DNA of 63,713 bases, the filler included, from Pelomyxa schiedti (lineage: Eukaryota > Protista > Evosea): NCBI GenBank assembly GCA_020536535.1. It is 12 parts of 12 records of this genome, joined end to end, with 100 filler letters (N's around TTAATTAATTAA, not from the genome) between each part and the next. Parts side by side here need not be neighbours in the genome. Positions count along the whole stretch, not along the records: positions 20,235 to 41,186 come from JAHLWZ010000317.1; positions 41,287 to 43,812 come from JAHLWZ010001969.1; positions 43,913 to 46,765 come from JAHLWZ010001872.1; positions 46,866 to 53,043 come from JAHLWZ010001443.1; 8 more parts are not named here. One strand, written 5' to 3'. This document shows positions 36,573-47,914 of this stretch, piece by piece. The notes beneath the pieces were generated by a model that saw only the letters and a list, made by a program, of their open reading frames with translations, searched no databases and was not told where the DNA came from. Position numbers and translations under genes: made by a program. How positions within the stretch are numbered: position 1 is the stretch's first letter; every line of letters begins with the position of its first letter.

Positions 36573-37627
36573 ATGGCGGCCACACAGCCTCCGGGCAAGG
36601 CGCAATACGATCACCTTATTAAACTCCTCTTGATTGGGGACAGTGGTGTGTATCTTGAGATCTGCTTGTTGTCGATGCTGTAGCGTTTCGTTTTTTTTAA
36701 TGGGTTTGTTTTTTTTTTTTAAACAAAACAGAAAACCACAACCATTAGATTAGACTAACTCTAACTTGTGCGTCACGTGTCGATAGGTGTTGGAAAGAGT
36801 TGTTTGTTGTTACGTTTTTCCGATGACTCGTTTACTCCGAGCTTCATTTCAACTATTGGGTAGATATTATGTGAATAGACACGATTGTCGTTAACATGCC
36901 ATCAGGATAGACTTCAAAATTAGAACAATAGAGCTCGAGGGAAAACGCATTAAGCTCCAAATTTGGGTATTTCACACTCCTTCTATTTACTGTGCCTAAC
37001 ACAAACACAAACGCAATCAAGGACACGGCTGGGCAAGAAAGGTATTCGTTTCTTTTTATTCCCTCCTGAATTGTAACCTTCTATAGATTCAGGACAATCA
37101 CCACAGCATAGTATGCATGCCAAAGATTTTTTGTCTCTTATTTACGCAAAATGTCAGTTATAGGAGTGCCATGGGCATTCTTCTTGTTTATGATGTGACG
37201 GACATAAAATCTTTCCAAAGTATATATGGAGGGATTCCTTTGCACACTCAAATCACAACAGATATAAGAAACTGGATACGGAACATTGAGCAACATGCCT
37301 CAGAAGATGTCAGCAAAATACTGATAGGCAATAAGTGTGACATGGTAGATAAAAAGGTTGTTGAGTACGAAAAAGGCAAAGCTCTGGCTGATGAATATGG
37401 CATCAAGATTCTTGAGGTACCAGTTTTTTTTGGTGTATCTGGTAGTAAAATCACTCTAGACATCTGCCAAAAACTCCACGAACGTGGAAGAGGCTTTCAT
37501 CACTCTCGCCAAAGATATCAAACTTCACACCATTGACAGAGCCCCAGCCCCAGTCACACCACCAACTACCGTTACACTGGATACCAACCCCAACCCACCT
37601 CACCGGGGTTGCCCTTGTGGTGGCTAA
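36573..37627 (+). CDS. RAB8: Rab8/Sec4 (RabE)-type GTPase, many short exons
   Basis: [14 protein letters not shown]|[24 protein letters not shown]|[20 protein letters not shown]|DTAGQER|FRTITTAY, GNKCD, C-terminal CPC. Confidence 0.93.
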
Positions 37628-38027
37628 CTCCCCATCACCACACTCCCTCCATCCCTACAACACCCAACATGACATATATAAAAGTTTTCCTTTTCCTCTG
37701 TGGTAGGCTTTTAGGCAAGCTTTGAAAGTTCTTTGCGAATTTGAGGTTATTCCTTCTGTCAGTTCTGGAAGAAGTCTGTTATCACCTAGCTGTCTGAAGA
37801 CTCTGCTGATGTTGGGCCGTTAATAGCCTCAGCACACCAATGCAGAGGTTGTTAAAAAAAAACCATTTTCAAAACTTGGCTTCTTTTAGGCTTTCTCAGA
37901 GTCAATTGTAGTGGTGTCTCTACTCCCCTCTTCCTACTGGGAGCATGTTAAACAAAATTAACAATTCTCAACAGCCAATTCTTTTTGGATTATTGATTGT
38001 GCTTGTGGCAGAACTTGAGACTGTTAT

Positions 38028-40824
38028 CTAGTTGAGAGAGGCCAGCAACGCCATTGCTGCCACAACACCTCCAGTGTCAGACATGTTGGCTTCTAGTGGT
38101 GCAAGCCACTGTGCAGCGTGCTGCGGGCCGCGGGACATGAACGTTTGAATTTGTGCTGCTGTGCCACCAGTCCTCATTTTGCCCAAAACCGGCTGGAAGC
38201 CCTGTTTAGCAGAGTCTGCTAGACCTACAATATTTTTGTTATTTGCAGCAGGATTAATGCTAGGCTGTTGTGTTTGTCTGGGATGCGGGTTGGGTGTTAC
38301 CATGCAGCGCAAGAGACCATATCTCAGCCACAGAGTCCCAGTGTGGGTTGCGCTCATGCAAAAATCGCGTGACCGTCGATATAAGAAAAGTGGAGCCGCA
38401 TTCAACAATCTTGCATTGAAATTGTTAGGATGGCAGATGTTATAGATAGCTGGTTGGAAAGCTTACCGACTCCGGTCTACTTCCTACTGCCAATTCTGAA
38501 TATTTGGATAATGCACCATACAATTGTGCTGGGCTGGCAACTCTTCGAAATAGCATTCCGGTCAATGCCGCCATCTGCACTGAGACTGATAGCAAGATCT
38601 CTTCATTGGCTGAACGCAAGTCCGGTGACAACAACGCCGTGAAGTTCTCCACTGATCGGGCACTCTCAATAACATCAATGAGAATTACACTTGCTAAGCA
38701 CTGTAACTGCTCTTCGCGCAGTGCGCTGGAGTCCAGATAAAGCAAGTTACAAAAAAGTGTCAATGTGCTCAAAAGCTTTTCAGGATCCCCATTAGAGTCA
38801 TCCTTCTGCACGAGAAGAAAAAAAAAAAAGTTAACACAGGAAAATTTCTTTGCTGCTGGAAGTACCTGCTCTATGTTGCGTAGCAGTGAAGTGGAATATC
38901 TGGGAATATTGTCGTGTGCAAAAGTGCACAATGTGTGCAACATCTCATTGGAGTTGACGATTGTGGTTCTAACAGAGGTATCCAAGGAAATGCTTGCCAG
39001 TCCATTCACTAACAGTGGAAATATTTCAGAACTATGATCCCCACTGGAGCAAAAATAAGAAAAAAAAAAAAATTAGCACCAGGATGACTTACTGGGATTG
39101 AAGTATTCCAAATATATAAGGCAATAAGACATCGAGTGAAGTTGCTACTTTCAAGGCCTCATCATCTTCTGCAATCCAGAAACTAAAAAGCCTGATTGCA
39201 GCAAGGATGATTGGATGACAGGGATTATTACATTCCTACCTCAGAGTGACTCCTCGATTGCCATTTTTAAAGAACGAAGAATACCTGACATTGCAAAAGG
39301 AAGTAATACACATCAATTTGAGCTTGAGATACTTGAGAGAGTAGAGCAGTGATGACGGTTGAGGGAAGAGATTGCCATGATAGAGGGTCAGTGGATTCTA
39401 CAGCAAGGAATGTAATGGTACTCTCAACAATAGAGCAGCTTGCTGTGATGGATTTCATCAAACTAACAGACACCAGTGAATTTAAGGATTATAATAGAAG
39501 AAGCGAAACCTGGGAGTAACAGGATCTTTACGTTGGATAGGAGGGATATCCAATACAACACGCAGTTCTGTTGAAGCAAGTGATACTAGCAATGATACAA
39601 ATTGGTTTGGCTGTAAAGGAGGCTGTCGGCTGCTACTCTGTAGAAAACAGTTCACTTATGGGTGACCAATTCCAGTCTACAGAACATACTGCTGTGGGAA
39701 GCCACTTGTGAGTAGCCCAAGGTGCCCCCTCCAGGCGTAAAATATCACTTGCCAAAGATAATACAGAAGTACGCTCTGCTTGGCCAAGTTTACTCACAAG
39801 AAGATCTACAAGTCCTGCTCGGATGTCATCTTGCCATTGAGTGTACTCAGTGGACAAAGGTTTCGAGCATGCCATCTATCTGTAATTACTTGTTGAAATT
39901 ACTATTTAGATAAATACTGCCAAGGAAGAGAGGATGCCAAGTGCACTGAATTTCTTCTCGTCTTGCGAGGTCCTAAGGACATGGGAAAGAGCGGAAAGAG
40001 CCCCAGTAAGCTGCGTAGTAGTCAGATCTTTCTTTCTCGAATGTAAGAAGCTATCCAGAATTTCGTGATGTTTACTTGTTTCTAGGATCAAAGTGGGTTC
40101 CATTGAGAAATGTGTTGCTCTTACTTGAGCACATGCACTTCATGCATAAATCTTCTACAAAAGAACAGACAGTGAGAACCTGGTCCCAGCTGTGTACTGC
40201 GGAACACACAATGTGGAGAATACAGGAGAAAGCATCCAGTGAAGCCACTTCATCTGTACTAGGGGATTGGTCAATCTCCACGGAAGAAAAGAAAACGGTC
40301 TTACCTATTTGCAACTGCCATGATTCGTGGCACCATTTGCAGAATGTGTTCATTCGATGCCACTCTTGGTACGGTACAAAAAACACTGAGCACGGCAGTA
40401 GCAGCCACACGTTTTGATTCATCTTGGTAGAGTTTTACAAGAGAAGAAGAGGTGATAAAAGTGGGAAAATTTCGACAACAAGCAAACAAGTGACACTCAC
40501 AAGGAAGTGGATCATAAATAATGACCAGAAGATGAAAGCAGCAATCCAAAAAACTCAGGCCCCAAGCCACAAAATACAGTCCATAAAAACTCTTCTCGTA
40601 CTTCGTTGCCTTAATTCTTTGTTAGGTTTTTTTTTTGCCAGACAACAAGAGAGTGCAGGGGTTGCAGTAATTATGTTTTGTGTTTGCTTTATGAGGCCAA
40701 GCGTGCCTATGGCATTATGGGAGGCCAGCTGCGAAACGAGGACCATGGCCGCTGTCTTGCTGTCGTTGTCAGACCGCGTTGCCAACGAAATAGCTTGCCT
40801 CTGCTCTGCTGTCCACGCACTCAT
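38028..40824 (-). CDS. Neurochondrin-like alpha-helical repeat protein (multi-exon)
   Basis: NDSKTAAMVLV and QDEKKFSALGIL segments and LAAIRLFSFWIAED resemble neurochondrin family motifs; Leu-rich helical exons. Confidence 0.6.
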
Positions 40825-41866
40825 GTAGATTAGTAGGGTTCTCACACTGAATTTTCTGCTTTTTCGGTGCGGCTCTCTGAGTGGACTTTGATGGCTAGGG
40901 ACGGACTCCTGGGTCTTCCGTAGCTTCTACTGGCACCCCAAGTTGGGATGTTGTCCCTCTGATCGCCAATCCTCAGAAACTCCGAAGCGAGCGATTAATT
41001 ACCTTGTAGATCGTAGTGCCATGGTACGCAGATCCACTGTCGCATCGTACCTTACAAAACAAACTATAGAATCTGCTTCTGGGTCAGATTAACCAGTTCC
41101 TTTTGCAGTTCCAACAGCCTTTTTTGCCTCGCCTGCTGAGTGGAATCACTGCCAATCACAGGATTGTAAGAAGCACTCCCCACAGTNNNNNNNNNNNNNN
41201 NNNNNNNNNNNNNNNNNNNNNNNNNNNNNNTTAATTAATTAANNNNNNNNNNNNNNNNNNNNNNNNNNNNNNNNNNNNNNNNNNNNTGTTACTGTAGTGC
41301 CTAACGGGCCAAATTGGCAATCAACAGCATCGCGGTAGTTATCTTGCTGGACTTGAAGTGACACAACAAATCCGTGGCAATCACTGGCAGTCTCAGCACT
41401 TACAGGAGGAAACTCCCTCCCACAATCCCAATCCCAATCCCCTTTGTTGGTCTCTCTTGTCGTCGGGTGATTCACTAGTAGACATTTTCGTGTCGCGAGG
41501 CGTGCCGTACCAGATCTCGTTCGGTTTTGTTCTCCTTTTTGATCTTAGAAGCTAGCAAGCACTCCCGAGCCACAACATCGACTTAGATTGTTACTTGTTG
41601 GCTGATGTCTGTGGTGTGTCCTGTGACCCACTGAGTAAAGTTAAAGTGAAGAATACTCTGCTGCAAGAGAGAAAACAACAATTCAGCTACAAAAGGCGGC
41701 TATGTGGAATCTTGCAGTGAAGCCACAGAGTTGTAACAACCCTAACCAGATCAACCTCTGGACATCTTGTTTTCACAAACAAAAAGCAGAGTGTACAAAG
41801 GGTTTTTTAGTGTTGTGGGTGCCATGTGGACAACCACATAACCTGGTCGACGTGCTGCTGCATCAC

Positions 41867-43605
41867 TCACTCGTTTGCATTCGAAGTGGGATACGCAGTC
41901 ATTTCAGTGGTTGCATAATGCCCACTGCTGCCGTCATTGTGGGTGTTGTTGGCGTAATCGTCGTCGTCATTGTGGCGCCTGCTGCTATCTGAATCTGACG
42001 AAGCAGAGGCGGATTCGAGGGCGCGCTGCTGGGCGATGAGCCTCTCGTAGACGCGCTCCTGGCGCCATCGCACGGCCATCAGGAACGCGTTGATCAGGCA
42101 CACAAGGCACATGCAGATGAAGAACCAGTGGAACATCTTCTTGTTGGCGTAGCAGTGCCCAAAGTAGAACCTAGCATCGTTGTTGTTATTAGGGGATTGG
42201 GATTGGGATTGGGATTGGGATTGGGATTGGGATTGGGATTGGGATTGGGATTGGGATTGTGGGAGGGAGTTTCCTCCAGTGAGGTTGTGAATGCGGGTTA
42301 CGAGATTGTTTTGGTGATTGTGGGATGTTGATGTGATGTGATTTTTTTGTGGTATGATTACGAGAAAACTAAAATAAAATAGGGGAAGGTGGAGGGATCA
42401 AGATAGGACATACAAAATGATGCAGTATCCACCGCAGAACACCGCTTGAGCGAGGAAAAGAAGTACGAATAATAGCCGCTTGGTGGAAGTCTTGGTGTAG
42501 TATTTGGCACTGACATACATTGTGCCACAAAAGACCGCTACTATAGTATCTCTCCACGTACTATCAATTGTGGGATCAGCTCTTGTTACTCCATCATCAT
42601 GCTCCGGCTTCACGCTGGGCATGAACACAGCCAGTCCTTTGGTCAAGTTAAGTTTGCGTTGCGGGAAGTAACAGCTATTACCAAAGAACAGCTGCACAAG
42701 AACGAATATCCCTGTTACTGTAGTGCCTAACGGGCCAAATTGGCAATCAACAGCATCGCGGTAGTTATCTTGCTGGACTTGAAGTGACACAACAAATCCG
42801 TGGCAATCACTGGCAGTCTCAGCACTTACAGGAAAAATGAACCCTTCGACATAGGCATCAGCCTGAGCGGTAACAGTATCATTTAAAAGAAACTCATCCG
42901 CATCAGCTATTTTTCTGTATGAGTGGGAGGGGAAACGTATTACGCAATATATTTATATCTTTATATAAAATAACGTACTGCAGTATAATGGAAAAGAAGG
43001 TGATGCAACACCAATGCCACATATTTGATTCCAAGAAACGGTCCTGGACAAACGTGAGCGCAATAAAAAACTGAACAAGAGAGTCTACCAGTCACTTGCC
43101 ATACCAAGCATAGTATTTTCCAGTTCACTCAAGGGATCAGCCAGATCGTTGTAATTCAACATCAGTACTGTCCCAACCATTAAACAAATAAAGTTGACCT
43201 ACGAGTGTATCAAAATGCATGAGAGAAGAATTTATCGTTATCATCCATTTGTAAAATAAGTAGGGTTTTTTTTAGTGCAGTTTGTTGTGTTTTTAACCAA
43301 CTGTCTTTGCCTTTCATGAATCGTCGACGGCATTCACAGATGATAGACAATAATTACAATCGTATAATTCCGTTGTGCAACAAGTATCCACAGTGAAATA
43401 AAACCAAAAAATTAGGCCTTGCGCTTTGTGATGGGAAGGTGATTATTATGGGCTGCCAAGAGTGATCGTTTATCGACTCAGGGTTTGTTACAGCCTTTGG
43501 GATTGGCACACAACGGTGTTCTCGTATAATCGACGTTGTTTTTTGTTTTTGTTTCGTTTCGGTTTGAAGTTTTTGCATCAATTGTTCATCACAGTTATGG
43601 AGCAT
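41867..43605 (-). CDS. Multi-exon hypothetical multi-pass membrane protein (start uncertain)
   Basis: Exons with hydrophobic helices (GIFVLVQLFF, LLFVLLFLAQAVFCGGYCIILY, WFFICMCLVCLINAFLMAV) separated by GT-AG introns. Confidence 0.55.
42193..42258 (+). repeat. (GGGATT)11 microsatellite
   Basis: Eleven perfect hexamer units. Confidence 0.95.
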
Positions 43606-43912
43606 GGGGGTTGATGTTTGTGAAAAACCGCCGGTACGAGAATAAATAAAGGGTGAAAAGTGGGTGCTGCAAGTGCATACATATAACGGGGTGGTGTATT
43701 AATATTAATACTAATTAGGCACAAGTGGGTGCAGTTGCTTTTCTGGATGTGAATGACATGGAACTATCTGAGCCCCATGAGACTGTGAATGTTGCTCCAC
43801 CATCTAGTGACTNNNNNNNNNNNNNNNNNNNNNNNNNNNNNNNNNNNNNNNNNNNNTTAATTAATTAANNNNNNNNNNNNNNNNNNNNNNNNNNNNNNNN
43901 NNNNNNNNNNNN

Positions 43913-46627
43913 GTGTGACAGGTACCGGGATGTAGAAGAACACCTGAGACCTCGGCGAGCCGCGGACCAGCTAGGTGCTGTGGGTGCTGCGGTATTTGGT
44001 GTGGTGGGATTGGGTGGCGGGGGCTGTGAGTGGGTGGGTGGTGGAGTGCCGGGTGCTGTTGTTGTTGGTGGTTGTGTACCGCTGGAGGGGAGAGGGGGTG
44101 TGGTTGCTGTTGGGGGTGGCTGGGAAAGTACCGATTCGGCTGTTGGTGTTGTGGATGTTGTGGTAGTTGGGACTTCTAAGGAGAGCATAAGTGAGGGTGT
44201 GGATTGGCAAATAAGGTACCTGGATTTTCATCCGGGACATCGTTGAGAGCCGCGGTAAGCTCTGCATCTGTAGGCGCATCTAGAGATGAGGTTGGTAACA
44301 GTTCTTCCCCATTGTCATCTGGTGGGGCTTTTGGAGATTTTGAGGAAGCAGATTTCTCGGTTGTGTCACCCTTGAGGTACTTTCAGTGAGTGTGCCTGCA
44401 ATCAGAAAAGGAACATACCTCAAAACACGAGGTACACACACGTAGAGCTTTTGCTTTCTCGATGTGAGCAAGAACTTTCTTCTGGGAGCTACAATTACCA
44501 CAAACAACCCTTCCTGTCGAATGTGAACAGACAACTCAGTAAAATGAGAGAAGGTACCACAATTTCTACAATGGTGCTGAAAGAAAGGTTAAAAGAAAGA
44601 ATACAATAAGAGTTCATACACGTCTCTTTAGCATAGTGAATTGATCTTTACATAACATACAGCAAGGAGTTTCTTTGTCAGGCACCCATAATGGTGCTTC
44701 TTCACCCCCACTACTACCAAACACAAGTGCACAGGTGTCACCAGCTGTGACAATTTAGGTGATGAACATAAGGAAATAGACACACTTTTTCGAACTCCTG
44801 TTAGAATTTCATTCAAATCCAATACCTGGTGGGTATTAAAATGGTGGGTATTTCCGAAAAGAAAAACCCAAAAATTTCTCTCCTGTAAAGTCTCAGCCAT
44901 AACAGTGAAAGATTTGTCACCTGAAATAATTGCAAATCCGTTTTTCACATCTGGGAGAGGTTATCAACGAAACCTTGTGGTCTTTGTACCTGCTGAATCT
45001 TGCAGAGATACAACTCTTCCCTTTCTTAGATTTATTACACGATGGAGGAGAAAGTTTTCTCCTCCACCAACTTTTTCTCCATAAATCAGGCAATCACTGA
45101 ACAGCCAGAAGTTTCTAAGGCAGAAAAAAAATGAGTACTGGGTATACACAGTTAAGGCTTGCCTTTTTTTTGTGGTTTTCCGGCAGACTTTGGTCAGTTG
45201 ACCTTCTCTCATGAAAAGGTGATCACTTTTTATCATTGTCTAGAATTTAGTTGATAGTGCCACAACCAGATGGGCATGTTGTACCTTAATTTCTTTTGAC
45301 ACATTTACAAAAGATCGAGCAACTTCATTGACCTTCTTGAAATTCTCTTGTTTTTTGATGCTGGAATTGACAAGCTCTGCCAATTTGGCGAATTGGTCTA
45401 CAACATTGGATGTTGTAGAATAGTCTGGGTGGTCTAAAGGTAAATGCTTTAGATAGTCCTGAAGAGGGGTTAAGTCCATAATAGATTTCAATGGAACCTT
45501 CAATAATAATAGATATCTGGGAATGCGTTGAACTGGGGTGATTAGGTAAGCCGCCAGATCTTTTCCTTCCGAATCTCGATTCACCTTGAGAAATAAGAAA
45601 AAAGGTGCGAAGGCTTGATACATACACCAGCTATCGCTACGTATTTCTCGTTTTTTTTGGTCAGTTTAGCCATTGTATTTATAGCGACGTGGTGATTTCC
45701 TAAGTACGTCTTGTAACATTCAAATTCTGGAAGCTTCAGAGAGTTACCAGAGTGCGATACGAAAAAAAACATACGGCGTTGAGTAAAACGTCACCTATAC
45801 ATGACGTCGGCTTCCAGTTTTTTATTCTTACAGTCATTTTCACAAGTAATCGCTTGCTCACAGTGAGTACCTCCTCCAGGTTTGAAAAAATGCGGGGGAT
45901 GTATCTTCCGCATCCACTGGTAGGTGCCTTCATTGCAACAGCGTATACCTATATTGACATGAATGCCTTTTCTTTGGTAATTGAAAGCAACTCACTCTAC
46001 AAGCAATAAGGAGGCCTTTCATGTACGACTTCTCAGTTGTTAGTAACTCATCCAGAACTCTTTTTCGGTGCTTTGCATCCTCTAACCTCTTCTGCTCAAT
46101 TTCTTGGAGTTCTATATGTATATTTCAGTAAGTGAGAGCACTACAGGAGCTCACCTTCTTCAGACAGCGGTGGGGGAGGAATATCTGGTGGCTCGGTGAT
46201 TTTCTTTGGCAGCAATGAAAACGGGTACAATGTGAAGTCGAATATATATTCATACACACCGGTGTATCCAATGTGAGAGTGTGAATCCTTGGAGACGAGG
46301 TTTCTGATGTCTGAGCAGGGAGTACAGGAGAGGATGGCACAGGAGTAACAGATTCAGAAGACTGAGTCCGAGGTTTGGATGCAGTTGCTTTGTTACTTGC
46401 TTTTCTTTGTTTTGTTTTAAAATAAACTTTTGTTAGAGGGGGGATACATTGAAGACAGGGCCAGTGCCGAGCTTATTGTAACATTTTCGGTATTAACCTC
46501 AATCAATAAATCAGCTATCGTCTGCAAAATGGGAGCGACGGTGAACCCAAAAAAAAAAAAAAATTGAAGGCGAAAGGTAAACTTGACGACACACGTCAGC
46601 AACATTTGTCTCGGGTGCGTTCGTCAT
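43913..46627 (-). CDS. FGD-like RhoGEF (DH-PH-FYVE) with Pro/Thr-rich tail, multi-exon, 3' truncated
   Basis: RVLDELLTTEKSY and YLITPVQRIPRYLLLLK (DH); REGQLTKVCRK..FWLFSDCLIY (PH); APLWVPD..CMLC..FT..RR|HHCRNCG..VCGNCS (FYVE). Confidence 0.88.
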
Positions 46628-46865
46628 AGTGCAGAGATCTCCCTGGGTTATGAATGTATCTGACAGACCCGGCACAACAAACAAACAGGCACTCCTGCTG
46701 CCGTAAGATCTCCCGTTTCGTTGTTGATTTCGGAAATTGATGGAGGAGTACGAATTAGCCAGTTCNNNNNNNNNNNNNNNNNNNNNNNNNNNNNNNNNNN
46801 NNNNNNNNNTTAATTAATTAANNNNNNNNNNNNNNNNNNNNNNNNNNNNNNNNNNNNNNNNNNNN

Positions 46866-47022
46866 CGTCCTCGAGCTGTTTCCCCGCGAATATTATCCTC
46901 TGGTCGGCGAACAGGATGCCCAACTTGTTTTGGAGCTGTCTCTTGATCTGCTCTATCGTGTCACTGCACTCCACGTTCACGTTCACGACTTCCCCTTGCA
47001 ACGTCTTGACGAATATCAACAT
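46866..47022 (-). CDS. Divergent ubiquitin-like domain protein, 3' truncated
   Basis: MLIFVKTLQGEVVNVNVECSDTIEQIK...DQRIIFAGKQLED. Confidence 0.85.
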
Positions 47023-47236
47023 CAATACACTCTCGTTGCACCAAGTTTTTTTTCTTTCGTTTTGTATTAAACGAAGCGTGATTTCTAAAAAAAAAAAAAA
47101 AGCGGCACTGTAGAAAAACAAGATCCTTAAACGAGATGTGTTGATGGCAGAGAAGATACTATGCACAGTTAGAGAAACGGGTGCGAGTTGATGGTAAAGC
47201 GACAAATACTCTAGATATTATTATTATTTGCTTATT

Positions 47237-47763
47237 TTAACCACTGTCTACAATTAATAATTGTTGGGGTTGGGATTGTATTGGCTGATAAAAAGTCTTT
47301 AATGTAGACATACCAATCGTGAGGGTTGTCAAAACACAGTCCGAAACAGAGATGACATAATTGGTGTCTGGAAGAGCATAAAATTCCACAGAAGTGAACA
47401 TTCGGCTGCGGTGGACTGTGCTCTTTGCCAGTGTGTTCTGGCAACCGGCGTCCATGACTTCCAGCACGGGCATAACGGCCAATGGGTATCCAACAACGGT
47501 AATGTGATCGGCAGTGTCGCTCCTGATTATGTACGCCAAGGATCCATCGACTGTATGGACAACAGGAGGTAAAAAAAATAAAAAAAAACCACAAAACAAC
47601 GACACTCGCCGGGTACGCAAAACGAGGACCCTTTACCTTCAATTGACATGGGTAAAGAACCAACGAGTCTCGTGCTGCCACATGTTTTGCATTGTGCTAC
47701 AGTCACAACACAAGCTAGTGCTAATGCCACCCACAAAACAACAGCACCCGTGCTCCTCCGCAT
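47237..47763 (-). CDS. Small putative secreted protein, 2 exons
   Basis: Signal-peptide-like MRRSTGAVVLWVALALACVVTVAQC; intron ~47551-47608 joins to ORF 47237-47620. Confidence 0.5.
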
Positions 47764-47914
47764 TTTTTGAAAATGTAAAGATCAACATCAAAGTTCTTGT
47801 AAGAGTGCTGTGGCCATGTGATCATCCACAGAAACAAACAAAGAAGCAACATACGAACACAGACAAAACGCTGCCGCGTTTTTGATTGTAAAGATCAACT
47901 GAAATGACCACTCA

